Of a DNA stretch of 45,607 nt, positions 8,647 through 17,679 are shown one piece after another. The first letter of the stretch is position 1; each line of letters opens with the position of its first letter. The DNA lies in assembly GCA_002686655.1 (NCBI GenBank), contig NYYE01000011.1:1-45607 (forward strand), in the 5' to 3' direction. The notes under the pieces were generated by a model, which was not told the DNA's origin, made no database searches, and worked only from the letters and a program-made list of their open reading frames with translations. A program made the translations under genes and the position numbers. The stretch is from Crocinitomicaceae bacterium (GTDB lineage: Bacteria > Bacteroidota > Bacteroidia > Flavobacteriales_D > Parvicellaceae).

Positions 8647-8883
8647 TTAATTTTGCAAAGCCTCAACAGCAGTAATTTCAGGAGCTAAGATTTTTAAATT
8701 TTCTTCTAGCCCTGCCTTCATTGTTACAGTACTAACAGAACAAGTTTGACAAGCCCCAAGTAATTTAACAATTACTTTATTGTCTTTAGTTATTTCAACT
8801 AGTTCCATATCTCCTCCATCATTATGTAAATAAGGTCTTAAATCTTCAATTGCCTTTAGCACTATTTCTTTAGTTTTATTCAC
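8647..8883 (-). CDS. NifU-like Fe-S cluster scaffold/carrier domain protein
   Basis: 78 aa with 'GGDMELVEI...VKLLGACQTCSVS', the NifU C-terminal (Nfu) CxxC pattern. GTG start. Confidence 0.85.
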   Translation of the reverse strand: MNKTKEIVLKAIEDLRPYLHNDGGDMELVEITKDNKVIVKLLGACQTCSVSTVTMKAGLEENLKILAPEITAVEALQN

Positions 8884-8889
8884 CTATTA

Positions 8890-10005
8890 TTATGTTGAGC
8901 ATTTTGGATCCCCATATTCAACTGGAACCACTTTAGTTTTGTCTAAATTAGTATTTCTTTTATCAATACTTGCAATCAATTCATTACAAAAATTATCATA
9001 ATAGGTTTCTACAGTTGTTTCTTGTTGTAAAACAGCTGGTCTACCAGCATCACCACTTTGTCTTATGCTTTGTATCAGCGGTATCTTTCCTAAAAGGTTT
9101 AAGTCTAAGGATTTAGATAAATTCTCTCCACCATCTTCTCCAAAAATAAAGTACTTTTCATCAGGATGATCCTTAGGTGTAAACCATGACATATTTTCAA
9201 CTATTCCAAGAACAGGAACTTTTATGTTTTCCATTTTGAACATTGCAATTGCTTTTTTTGCATCAGCTAATGCAACTTGTTGAGGGGTGGTAACAACTAC
9301 AGCTCCAGTTAAAGGTAAGGATTGAACAATTGATAAATGAACATCTCCCGTACCTGGAGGAGTATCTATAATTAAATAATCTAATTCTCCCCAATCTGCA
9401 TCAAATATTAATTGTTTTAGTGCTTTTACAGCCATAGGACCTCGCCACACTACAGCTTGGTCTAATTCTGCAAAAAAACCTATTGATAAAATTTTAACTC
9501 CATAATTTTCTGCAGGTACTATGTATTGCTTATTATTAATCTTTCTTGAAAGAGGCTTATAGTGAAGTACGTCAAACATTAATGGAACTGATGGGCCATA
9601 TATATCCGCATCAACTATTCCAACTTTAAAACCTTTTTTAGCCAACCCTACTGCAGTGTTTGAGGCAATAGTAGACTTACCTACACCTCCTTTGCCTGAA
9701 ACAATGGCAATTGTGTTCTTAATATTTGGTAAAATATTTTGAGCAGCTTCAGCTTTTTTCAAAGCTTGAATTTTGACACTAACAGAAATTTCTTTTCCAA
9801 TGTGTCTTTCTAATGCAAAAGCGCATGCTTCTTCCATTCTTTTTCTTGCATGCATTGCTGCATTTTTCATTTGAACAGAAAAGTTTACATTATTACCAGA
9901 AATTTCAATATTTGAGACCAAACCGAGCGAAACAATATCTTTGCCTAAATCAGGTTCATTAACTTTTTTCAAAGCTTTCAGAACAGAGTCAACATTAAAA
10001 TTCAT
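8890..10005 (-). CDS. Mrp/ApbC/NBP35-family P-loop ATPase (Fe-S cluster carrier family), lacking the CxxC motif
   Basis: DUF59-like N-terminus, deviant Walker A 'SGKGGVGKST', 'DTPPGTGD', and 'GIVENMSWF'. The last is followed by 'TPKDHPDE' where characterised homologs have CxxC. Confidence 0.85.
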   Translation of the reverse strand: MNFNVDSVLKALKKVNEPDLGKDIVSLGLVSNIEISGNNVNFSVQMKNAAMHARKRMEEACAFALERHIGKEISVSVKIQALKKAEAAQNILPNIKNTIAIVSGKGGVGKSTIASNTAVGLAKKGFKVGIVDADIYGPSVPLMFDVLHYKPLSRKINNKQYIVPAENYGVKILSIGFFAELDQAVVWRGPMAVKALKQLIFDADWGELDYLIIDTPPGTGDVHLSIVQSLPLTGAVVVTTPQQVALADAKKAIAMFKMENIKVPVLGIVENMSWFTPKDHPDEKYFIFGEDGGENLSKSLDLNLLGKIPLIQSIRQSGDAGRPAVLQQETTVETYYDNFCNELIASIDKRNTNLDKTKVVPVEYGDPKCST

Positions 10006-10037
10006 TCTATAAATTTAAATAGATAATTTATTTAATA

Positions 10038-10364
10038 CTAAAGTGTTAAATCTTTTATTGGGTCCCAAATATATTTATTCAAATTAACAACGCAATTATC
10101 ATCTATTAAAACGCCTTCTGCCATTAACTTATTTTTCATAAAATCTGGTTTTGGGAAATGGCTTCTTCCAGTTAACAGACCATTTCTATTGACAACTCTA
10201 TGAGCTGGAATAGTATCATCTAATTTTATATTGTTTAGAGCCCATCCAACAGATCTAGAACTTTTAGCTGACCCTAAATATTTAGCAATTCTGCCGTAAG
10301 TGGTAACTCTTCCTTTTGGAATTAACTTTACAACTTCAATTACATCTAGAAAAAAATCACTCAT
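10038..10364 (-). CDS. MGMT-family DNA-binding protein, alkyltransferase-like (ATL; active-site Cys replaced by Ala)
   Basis: 108 aa with 'GRVTTYGRIA' and 'PAHRVVN' in place of the 'PCHRV' of O6-alkylguanine-DNA alkyltransferases. Confidence 0.8.
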   Translation of the reverse strand: MSDFFLDVIEVVKLIPKGRVTTYGRIAKYLGSAKSSRSVGWALNNIKLDDTIPAHRVVNRNGLLTGRSHFPKPDFMKNKLMAEGVLIDDNCVVNLNKYIWDPIKDLTL

Positions 10365-11708
10365 CTACTTTACAAAAAATTTGGTCTTTATTGGAGCTAA
10401 ATCAAAATTTGAAATGTACTCAAGAATGTAAATTCCAGTTCTATATTTTGATAAATTAATTTTACAATAATCACTATACCCATTAAATTGATCCACTAAT
10501 CCTCCTAAAGAATTATAAATGTTTAAAAGGTAATCTGCAGACCCAAGATGTTCTTTATAGAAATAGATATAATCAGTCGCTGGATTAGGAAAAACAAAAA
10601 ATGGATTATCTGTAGTTTTAGGAGGAAGTTCGAAACTTAATAAAAATAAACCATAAGTTCTATCAGAAACCAAAATAAAATTATTGTTTTCAAATGGATA
10701 AACACCCCATGATCCAGCCCAAGCTACATTAGGGTTTGGCAAATAAGTATCATAAAAAGCTAATTTTTGGGGTTGCTTGGAATTACTAATATCAAAAATT
10801 TGTAATCCATCATGATAATAGCTTAAATAAGCAATATTATTTCTTATAATAACATTATGAGGAATTGACGACTCATCATCTCCCATTTCAGAATTAAAAA
10901 GAGAATTAACTTGAATATCATTTAGGTCTGTTACGTCCAAAACTTTAACATCTTTTCCTGGAGCTTCGTCACACATTAAATAAGTACTTTTAGTTTCATT
11001 AATCCAGCCTGAATGATTGTAATCTTTATCAGGATAAATATTTAGCTCTCCTAATTGCACATAAGAATTATTTAAAGATTTAATTACTTTCAGACCTTGA
11101 GAACCGCAATTTAAAAAAGCAGTGTCATTAAATACGTAAGCATCGTGAACATGACCAACATCATCATAGCTATATAAAAGCTGAGGGTTTGTAGGATTAA
11201 ACAAATCGTAAATATTCATAGCATGAAACCCAGATTGAGTTGCTACAGCACAAGCATACATCTTCGATTTCGCAGTGTCAATAAATATATTGTGTGCCCT
11301 AGTAATTAATGAATCACTATCGTAAACTAAATGGACGCTATCAGGAAGATAACTTAAGTCCATGATTTGCAGAGAACTTAAATTTTCATCACACACTGCA
11401 TACAAGTATCCATTAAAATCATGATAATCTCTATGGATAGCTTGATAACCTGCATATCTTCCTTCAATAAAATCAATTTCTACGAATTTCTTATTTTCAA
11501 TTTTTAATATGTGTGTTCCCATTGTAGAACCAATTACTGCATAATTCTCATCATTGTATTCAAGACCCCATACTTCATTAAAAATCGATTCACCATCTGC
11601 TGTAGTTATTAAACTATCTTTATACCAATGATCATTTAAAACAAGATTGCTGGTCTGTGAAATAAAAGCTAACGGATATAATAAAAAAAGGGATAATAAA
11701 TTTCTCAA
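10365..11708 (-). CDS. Secreted LVIVD-repeat (choice-of-anchor-B-like) beta-propeller protein with T9SS C-terminal sorting domain
   Basis: Signal peptide 'LLYPLAFISQ'. Repeated '...GLQIFDISN', 'GLKVIKSL' and 'SLQIMDLS' LVIVD-like units. C-terminal ~80 aa 'FVFPNPATDYIYFY...KTKFFVK' is typical of type-A T9SS CTDs. Confidence 0.65.
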   Translation of the reverse strand: MRNLLSLFLLYPLAFISQTSNLVLNDHWYKDSLITTADGESIFNEVWGLEYNDENYAVIGSTMGTHILKIENKKFVEIDFIEGRYAGYQAIHRDYHDFNGYLYAVCDENLSSLQIMDLSYLPDSVHLVYDSDSLITRAHNIFIDTAKSKMYACAVATQSGFHAMNIYDLFNPTNPQLLYSYDDVGHVHDAYVFNDTAFLNCGSQGLKVIKSLNNSYVQLGELNIYPDKDYNHSGWINETKSTYLMCDEAPGKDVKVLDVTDLNDIQVNSLFNSEMGDDESSIPHNVIIRNNIAYLSYYHDGLQIFDISNSKQPQKLAFYDTYLPNPNVAWAGSWGVYPFENNNFILVSDRTYGLFLLSFELPPKTTDNPFFVFPNPATDYIYFYKEHLGSADYLLNIYNSLGGLVDQFNGYSDYCKINLSKYRTGIYILEYISNFDLAPIKTKFFVK

Positions 11709-11806
11709 ATCAAAGTAAAGTTAATAATAGTTAAGGTATATTTATTAAGAAAATTTATTCGTTTATTTGTTGTGATAGTAAAATTAAATTATTCTTTTCA
11801 AAGAAA

Positions 11807-12520
11807 ATGAAAAGCATCGTCATCATACCAACATATAATGAAATCGAAAATATATCGAATATTATAAATGCTGTACTAGCAAAAAAAGATGATTTTCATA
11901 TATTAATTGTTGATGATCAATCTCCAGATGGGACTGCCTTAGTAGTTAAAGATTTAATGAAGAAGCATAAAACTATTTTTTTAGAAGAAAGAAAAGAGAA
12001 ATCTGGACTTGGAACTGCATATATCCACGGATTTAAGTGGGCTCTAAAAAATAATTATGACTATATTTTTGAAATGGATGCAGACTTTTCTCATAGTCCT
12101 GACGATTTACCAAGATTACTTTATACATGTCACAAAAATGGAGCTGATGTTTGTGTGGGGTCAAGGTATGTTCCTGGAGGTAAAATAATAAATTGGCCAA
12201 AGTCAAGATATTGGCTTTCATATTATGCATCATTATATGTAAGAATAATTTTAGGTATTAAGATAAAAGATACTACTGCAGGTTTTAAATGCTATTCAAG
12301 AAAAGTATTAGATAAAATTGACCTAAATAACATATGGTTTGTAGGTTATGCATTTCAAATAGAAATGAAATACAGTGCCATAAAGCTGGGTTTTAAAATC
12401 AAAGAAATCCCCATTCATTTTAAAGATAGAGAGCTAGGTCAATCTAAAATGAATATTGGAATATTCAGAGAGGCTTTTCTGGGAGTATTAAAATTAAGAT
12501 CTAAGAAATTTGAAAAATAA
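11807..12520 (+). CDS. GT2 polyprenol-phosphate mannosyl/glycosyltransferase (dolichol-P-mannose synthase-like)
   Basis: 'VIIPTYNE', 'VDDQSPDGT' and the 'EMDAD' DxD motif. Length 237 aa. Confidence 0.8.
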   Translation: MKSIVIIPTYNEIENISNIINAVLAKKDDFHILIVDDQSPDGTALVVKDLMKKHKTIFLEERKEKSGLGTAYIHGFKWALKNNYDYIFEMDADFSHSPDDLPRLLYTCHKNGADVCVGSRYVPGGKIINWPKSRYWLSYYASLYVRIILGIKIKDTTAGFKCYSRKVLDKIDLNNIWFVGYAFQIEMKYSAIKLGFKIKEIPIHFKDRELGQSKMNIGIFREAFLGVLKLRSKKFEK

Positions 12521-13850
12521 ATCAATTATTAGAAATGCTGAAATCATTAATGAAAATCAAAAATTTATTGGTGATTTGGCAATTGAGGATTCTTTTATTT
12601 CTGAAATTAAGAGTGAGTCTATTTCTGGGACATTTGATTTAGAGTATGACGGTACAGGATTAACAATTATCCCTGGAATGATTGATGATCAAGTTCACTT
12701 TAGAGAACCAGGACTAACTCATAAAGCCAATATATATACTGAATCTAGGGCTGCTGTTGCTGGTGGAATTACCAGCTTTATGGAAATGCCCAATACAATA
12801 CCAAATACAGTTACTCAACAACTCTTAGAAGAAAAATTTCAAATAGCTAAAAAGAATTCATTAGCAAATTATTCTTTTTTTATGGGTGCTAATAATGACA
12901 ATCTAAATGAGGTACTAAAAACCAATGGTGAAGATGTGTGTGGAATAAAAGTATTTATGGGTTCTTCAACTGGGAATATGTTAGTTGATAACAAAGAAAC
13001 ATTATCACAAATATTTAAAAATAGTTCTCTACTTATCGCTACACACTGTGAAGATGAACAAACAATAAGAAAAAACACAGCATTTTTCAAAAAAAAATAT
13101 GGAGACAATATCCCCTTTGAAATGCATCCAATTATTAGATCTGAAGATGCGTGTTATTTATCTTCTTCAATGGCCGTTGATTTAGCAAAGAAATATGAAT
13201 CAAGATTACATGTATTACATATTTCAACCGCAAAAGAATTAGCACTTTTTGAAAATAATCAAGTTCTTAAAGAAAAAAAAATTACAGCTGAATGTTGTAT
13301 ACATCATCTTTGGTTCAACAATGAAGATTATAAAAAAAAGGGAAGTTTAATTAAATGGACCCCTGCCGTTAAAACTGAAAATGATAGAGTAGCACTTATT
13401 AAAGCCATTAATGATGATATTATTGACATTATAGCATCTGATCATGCTCCCCATAGCATCAAGGAAAAGGATAATAATTACCTTACGGCTCCATCCGGAG
13501 GTCCTCTTGTTCAACATGCATTACTTGCTCTTTTAGAATTAGAAAAATCAAAACAAATTACTTTGGCTCAAATCGTTAAAAAAACAAGTCATGATGTTGC
13601 AGATTGTTTTAAAATTCAAAAAAGAGGATACTTGAGACCTGGATATTATGCAGATTTAGTAATAATAAATAGAAATAAAAATACTGAAGTTAAAAAAGAA
13701 AATATATTATATAAATGTGGTTGGTCACCTTTTGAAGGAACTAATTTTTCAAACGTTGTGCAAAGTACCTTTATAAATGGTCAAAGGGTGTACCATTTAG
13801 GGAATTTTAGTGAAACATCTCCCAAAATGAGATTAAAATTTAAGCGTTGA
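12510..13850 (+). CDS. pyrC: Dihydroorotase (amidohydrolase superfamily)
   Basis: Metal motif 'DDQVHFREPG' and 'ASDHAPHS'. Length 446 aa. The TTG start overlaps the upstream stop, and no in-frame ATG occurs before the catalytic motif. Confidence 0.8.
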   Translation: MKNKSIIRNAEIINENQKFIGDLAIEDSFISEIKSESISGTFDLEYDGTGLTIIPGMIDDQVHFREPGLTHKANIYTESRAAVAGGITSFMEMPNTIPNTVTQQLLEEKFQIAKKNSLANYSFFMGANNDNLNEVLKTNGEDVCGIKVFMGSSTGNMLVDNKETLSQIFKNSSLLIATHCEDEQTIRKNTAFFKKKYGDNIPFEMHPIIRSEDACYLSSSMAVDLAKKYESRLHVLHISTAKELALFENNQVLKEKKITAECCIHHLWFNNEDYKKKGSLIKWTPAVKTENDRVALIKAINDDIIDIIASDHAPHSIKEKDNNYLTAPSGGPLVQHALLALLELEKSKQITLAQIVKKTSHDVADCFKIQKRGYLRPGYYADLVIINRNKNTEVKKENILYKCGWSPFEGTNFSNVVQSTFINGQRVYHLGNFSETSPKMRLKFKR

Positions 13851-14353
13851 AAAAGTTTACTATTGTGATTGTATTGGGATTACTTTTAAATTCTTGCGTC
13901 GATGAAAAAACAGACAATTACATAACTGAAAGTTCTATATCAAACCAAGAATTTCAAGAAATTATAAAAAAAATATGGTTGGCTAATGCTCATGTTTATA
14001 ATAATAAAAAGTTTACGCTAATACCAAGAGATAGCCTTAAGAATTTGACTTTTCAACTTTTAAAAGAAAAAGAAATTGATAGGTCAGAATTTGAAAAATC
14101 AATCCAATATTACTCTCAAAATCCAATTTTATTAGACAGTATTATTAATAATTTAAGGGATAGCTTAGAAAAAGTTTTTATTAGTATTCCCCATGAGGAG
14201 GTAGAGGAAAAGGAAGAATTAATTTTTAAAGATTCTTTAAAAGGTTTATTAAAAGAAAGTTCTAAATTTAAAAACTACAATATTAAAAAAGGATATAAAA
14301 ATCTTAATTCAATTAAAAAAATAAAGAAAGACAGTTTAAACTTATCAATATGA
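13847..14353 (+). CDS. Hypothetical lipoprotein (DUF4296-like by context)
   Basis: Lipobox 'LLLNSC'. TTG start in a TTGA overlap with the pyrC stop. No catalytic motif recognised. Confidence 0.5.
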   Translation: MKKFTIVIVLGLLLNSCVDEKTDNYITESSISNQEFQEIIKKIWLANAHVYNNKKFTLIPRDSLKNLTFQLLKEKEIDRSEFEKSIQYYSQNPILLDSIINNLRDSLEKVFISIPHEEVEEKEELIFKDSLKGLLKESSKFKNYNIKKGYKNLNSIKKIKKDSLNLSI

Positions 14354-14586
14354 AAATCTCTTTACAACTATTAACGGCTTCACTTTTACTTTCATTATCA
14401 ACTTCATGTGGAGGATGGTCAAAAAAAGACAAAGAAATTTATTTAACAGAATGTAAAAGAGCTAAACTAGATTCTGTTTTTTGTAATTGTAGTCTTGAAA
14501 AAATTGTAGAAAAGTATACTAGTTTTGAAGAAGCTATGAGGAACGATGAAGAATTTCCAGAAATCTTAATTTCCTGTAAAAAATGA
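14350..14586 (+). CDS. Small Cys-rich hypothetical lipoprotein
   Basis: Lipobox 'LSTSC'. ATGA overlap with the upstream gene. The 78 aa protein has four additional Cys. Confidence 0.45.
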   Translation: MKISLQLLTASLLLSLSTSCGGWSKKDKEIYLTECKRAKLDSVFCNCSLEKIVEKYTSFEEAMRNDEEFPEILISCKK

Positions 14587-14588
14587 AA

Positions 14589-14957
14589 TTATACCAGTTT
14601 TTTATAAAAAATCATTAATAAACCAAAGCAAACAACTATACTAAGAAATATGTTTGCAAAAGCCCAATAATAATTACCGCTTTTTAACAACTGCATAGTT
14701 TCCAAACTGAAAGTTGAAAAAGTGCTTAACCCTCCACAAAGACCAATTAAAACAAATATTTTAACATTGGGATTGATTGATTTAGAGATTGAAAGAGCAG
14801 TAAGAAATAATCCAACAATCAAACATGATAATATATTAGATAGTAATGTACTTAAAGGGAATTGCCCTTTATAGAATAATAAAGTAGACTTCGAAATTAA
14901 AAACCTTAAAACAGCACCGATTCCACCACCAAGAAAAACAAAAAAAGCAGCAATCAT
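14589..14957 (-). CDS. crcB: Fluoride ion channel CrcB/FluC
   Basis: 122 aa, four hydrophobic segments, conserved 'GGLSTFSTFSLE'. Confidence 0.85.
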   Translation of the reverse strand: MIAAFFVFLGGGIGAVLRFLISKSTLLFYKGQFPLSTLLSNILSCLIVGLFLTALSISKSINPNVKIFVLIGLCGGLSTFSTFSLETMQLLKSGNYYWAFANIFLSIVVCFGLLMIFYKKLV

Positions 14958-15526
14958 TTTTTCAAAATTATTTTATTTATGGCATTATAACCTATTAATG
15001 ACAGCAATGAACCTAAAATCCAACCCCCAATAATATCAGAAAGATAATGAACTCCTAAATATATTCTGCTATATGAAATTATCAGAACAAGAGTTAGTAA
15101 AAAAATCCAAGATTTTGGATAATATTTTTTTAAAACTAAAAATACCATGATTCCAACAATTGACATATTTGTTGCATGATTGGAGACAAATCCAAACTGA
15201 CCTCCTTTATAATTATTTACAAAATTCAGTTGACTGGAAATTTCTAAATGATGACTGGGACGATATCGTTGAATACTTTCTTTAATAAGTTCATGAGCTG
15301 TAAAATCACCTAATCCCACTGTTATGCCAATAACTAAAACTATTAGTAAAGCATTTTTAAAATTGTAATTTTTGAAAAATAAATAAATAAATAAAATATA
15401 AAAAGGAAGACCAAAAATTGGTTTTGAAATAAACCACATTAAATAATCTAAGAAAATAGTGTTATTTCCATTAAGAAAAATAATGAGTTGTTGGTCTAAA
15501 TATTCAAGTTTATTAATCCAACTCAT
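14954..15526 (-). CDS. PAP2-family membrane phosphatase
   Basis: Acid phosphatase motifs KX6RP ('KESIQRYRP'), 'SNHA' and '[12 protein letters not shown]'. Multi-TM protein. Confidence 0.8.
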   Translation of the reverse strand: MSWINKLEYLDQQLIIFLNGNNTIFLDYLMWFISKPIFGLPFYILFIYLFFKNYNFKNALLIVLVIGITVGLGDFTAHELIKESIQRYRPSHHLEISSQLNFVNNYKGGQFGFVSNHATNMSIVGIMVFLVLKKYYPKSWIFLLTLVLIISYSRIYLGVHYLSDIIGGWILGSLLSLIGYNAINKIILKK

Positions 15527-16514
15527 AATTAATCATTTTCCAAATCTCATCTTTTAATTTGGTTAACCCTGTCTGAGCAACTGATGATATAAAAACAGTT
15601 GGAATTTTAGATGGTAATTCATTTTTAATTTCTTCTTTCAATTCATCATCTAATAAGTCACTCTTTGTAATAGCCAGCATTTTTTCTTTGTCTAAAAGTT
15701 CAGGATTATAAAGATGAAGTTCATTTATTAAAACATGATATTCATCTATAATATTGTTTGAGTCAGAAGGAATCATAAATAATAAAACAGAATTTCTTTC
15801 AATATGTCTTAAAAATCGATGTCCTAACCCTTTTCCTTCATGAGCTCCGGCTATTATACCTGGAATATCAGCCATAATAAAAGATTGGTGATTTCTGTAA
15901 TTTACAATTCCTAAATTTGGAACTAAAGTGGTAAATGGATAATTAGCAATTTCTGGTTTTGCAGCGGATACTACAGAAAGTAAAGTAGACTTACCTGCAT
16001 TAGGAAATCCAACAAGACCAACATCTGCTAAGACTTTAAGTTCTAGTATTTTCCATTCTTCTTTACCTGGTTCTCCAGGCTGAGCATATCTTGGAGTTTG
16101 ATTTGTAGACGACTTGAAATGGTTATTTCCCAACCCTCCTCGTCCGCCACTCAATAATATTTGTTCTTCTCCATCATTTGTTATTTCAAAAAGAACATTT
16201 CCAGACTCAGCATCTTTTGCAACAGTTCCAAGAGGAACTTCAATTATTTCATCTTTTCCATTCTTACCACTACATAAATTTGCACTTCCAGATTCTCCTG
16301 GTGGAGCGATGACATGCTTTCTATACTTAAGGCTTAAAAGGGTCCAAATTTGTTTATTTCCTCTTATAATTACATGCCCTCCTCGTCCGCCATCTCCGCC
16401 ATCAGGTCCTCCTTTAGCTGTTGTTCTGTCTCTATGAAAATGTTTAGACCCTGCGCCACCTTTTCCCGATCTACAACATATTTTCACATAATCTACAAAA
16501 TTGCTAGATGCCAT
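15513..16514 (-). CDS. obgE: GTPase Obg/CgtA
   Basis: Gly-rich Obg fold ('[12 protein letters not shown]'), G1 'GFPNAGKST' and G3 'DIPG'. Length 333 aa. Confidence 0.95.
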   Translation of the reverse strand: MASSNFVDYVKICCRSGKGGAGSKHFHRDRTTAKGGPDGGDGGRGGHVIIRGNKQIWTLLSLKYRKHVIAPPGESGSANLCSGKNGKDEIIEVPLGTVAKDAESGNVLFEITNDGEEQILLSGGRGGLGNNHFKSSTNQTPRYAQPGEPGKEEWKILELKVLADVGLVGFPNAGKSTLLSVVSAAKPEIANYPFTTLVPNLGIVNYRNHQSFIMADIPGIIAGAHEGKGLGHRFLRHIERNSVLLFMIPSDSNNIIDEYHVLINELHLYNPELLDKEKMLAITKSDLLDDELKEEIKNELPSKIPTVFISSVAQTGLTKLKDEIWKMINYELD

Positions 16515-16517
16515 AAA

Positions 16518-17087
16518 TTAATTATCTATAGCATTATATAGCCTTATTGTAATTTCATCAACTGCTCCAACACCATTAACAGAAGCTAATTTATTTTGGG
16601 ATCTATAGTAATCAGCCAAGACAGCAGTTTGATCCTTATAAACTTTGATTCGGTTGGAAATAATATCTTTATTTTGATCATCTGCTCTTCCACTTTCTTT
16701 TCCTCTTGATAATAACCTCTTAATTAATTCTTCATCTGGGACATCTAATGCAACCATTTTAGAGATTGAAATATTTTTAGATTCTAAAAATTTATCTAAG
16801 GTTTCAGCTTGGTTAGTTGTTCTTGGGAAGCCATCAAATATAAATCCAGATGAGTTAGGATGTTTGATTACTTCAGACTCTAGCATTTTAATGGTCACTT
16901 CATCTGGAACTAATTCACCTTTGTCCATATAGCTTTTAGCTAATAATCCAAGTTTGGTAGCTTTTGTAATATTAAAACGAAAAATATCTCCAGTAGAAAG
17001 ATGAACTAAAGAATAATGATCTTTGATTCTGTTTGCTTGAGTTCCTTTTCCTGCTCCAGGAGGTCCAAATAATACAATATTTAGCAT
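16518..17087 (-). CDS. adk: Adenylate kinase
   Basis: 'MLNIVLFGPPGAGKGTQ' P-loop. I prefer the ATG at 17087 (1 nt after the hpt stop) to the track's 17105 because of the canonical P-loop position. Confidence 0.93.
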   Translation of the reverse strand: MLNIVLFGPPGAGKGTQANRIKDHYSLVHLSTGDIFRFNITKATKLGLLAKSYMDKGELVPDEVTIKMLESEVIKHPNSSGFIFDGFPRTTNQAETLDKFLESKNISISKMVALDVPDEELIKRLLSRGKESGRADDQNKDIISNRIKVYKDQTAVLADYYRSQNKLASVNGVGAVDEITIRLYNAIDN

Positions 17088-17088
17088 A

Positions 17089-17631
17089 TTAACTGTTTTC
17101 TTCAATTATAAAAATATCTTCAAGGTTTCTTCCTATTCCATTATAATCTAATCCAAAACCAACTAAAAATTCATTACCAACATTAATTGCTGCATAATTG
17201 ATTGGTAATTTTTTTTGATATGCGTTTGGCTTAAATAATAAAGTTGCTACCTCCACAGATTCTGGTTTATGATTTTTAATATCTTGAATTACAGAGTAGA
17301 TAGTATTTCCTGTATCGACAATATCTTCAACAATTATTACATTTCTCCCCTTCAAATTATCATTTATTCCAATTAAATTGTTTATAATTCCAGTAGAATT
17401 AATTCCTTGATAGGATGATAATTTAATAAAAGATACTTCACATTCGTGTTCAAATCTTTTAATTAGTTCTGATGCAAACAAAAAAGAACCGTTTAAAACA
17501 CATAAAAATATGGGTTTTTTATCTGCATATTTAACATTTAAAACACTAACAAGATCTTCTATTTTAGAAATTATAATTTCGTAATTAATAAATAATTTGA
17601 ATTGCTTGTCGTGTAACTTAACTTTCTTCAT
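17089..17631 (-). CDS. hpt: Hypoxanthine(-guanine) phosphoribosyltransferase
   Basis: PRPP-binding motif 'VIIVEDIVDTGNT'. Length 180 aa. Confidence 0.9.
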   Translation of the reverse strand: MKKVKLHDKQFKLFINYEIIISKIEDLVSVLNVKYADKKPIFLCVLNGSFLFASELIKRFEHECEVSFIKLSSYQGINSTGIINNLIGINDNLKGRNVIIVEDIVDTGNTIYSVIQDIKNHKPESVEVATLLFKPNAYQKKLPINYAAINVGNEFLVGFGLDYNGIGRNLEDIFIIEENS

Positions 17632-17644
17632 TTTGTTTATCGAT

Positions 17645-17652
17645 CAAATGTA
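17645..17652 (-). promoter_or_regulatory. Bacteroidota-type -7 box TACATTTG (TAnnTTTG) upstream of hpt
   Basis: The plus strand reads caaatgta at 17645-17652, 13 nt upstream of the hpt ATG (17631). No clean -33 TTG is seen. Confidence 0.35.
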
Positions 17653-17679
17653 ATCATTTCATTTTATAGAAAAATGATT
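17652..17679. promoter_or_regulatory. 8-bp perfect inverted repeat AATCATTT-N12-AAATGATT between the hpt and purK promoters (candidate operator)
   Basis: Read directly: 17652-17659 aatcattt and 17672-17679 aaatgatt. Confidence 0.3.

Noticed and set aside
12033-13108. Minus-strand ORFs 12033..12233 and 12869..13108
   Set aside because: They are antisense to the well-supported GT2 and pyrC genes. They are short and low-complexity, with no motifs.
14954-14960. Fluoride riboswitch upstream of crcB
   Set aside because: The crcB start overlaps the PAP2 gene stop (14954-14957). There is no intergenic space, so crcB appears to be the last gene of the hpt-adk-obg-PAP2 operon.
16114-16541. Two plus-strand ORFs (16114..16437 and 16350..16541), one Pro-rich ('[12 protein letters not shown]')
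   Set aside because: Both lie entirely antisense to obg. The Pro-rich stretch is simply the complement of the Gly-rich Obg fold codons, and there is no independent support.
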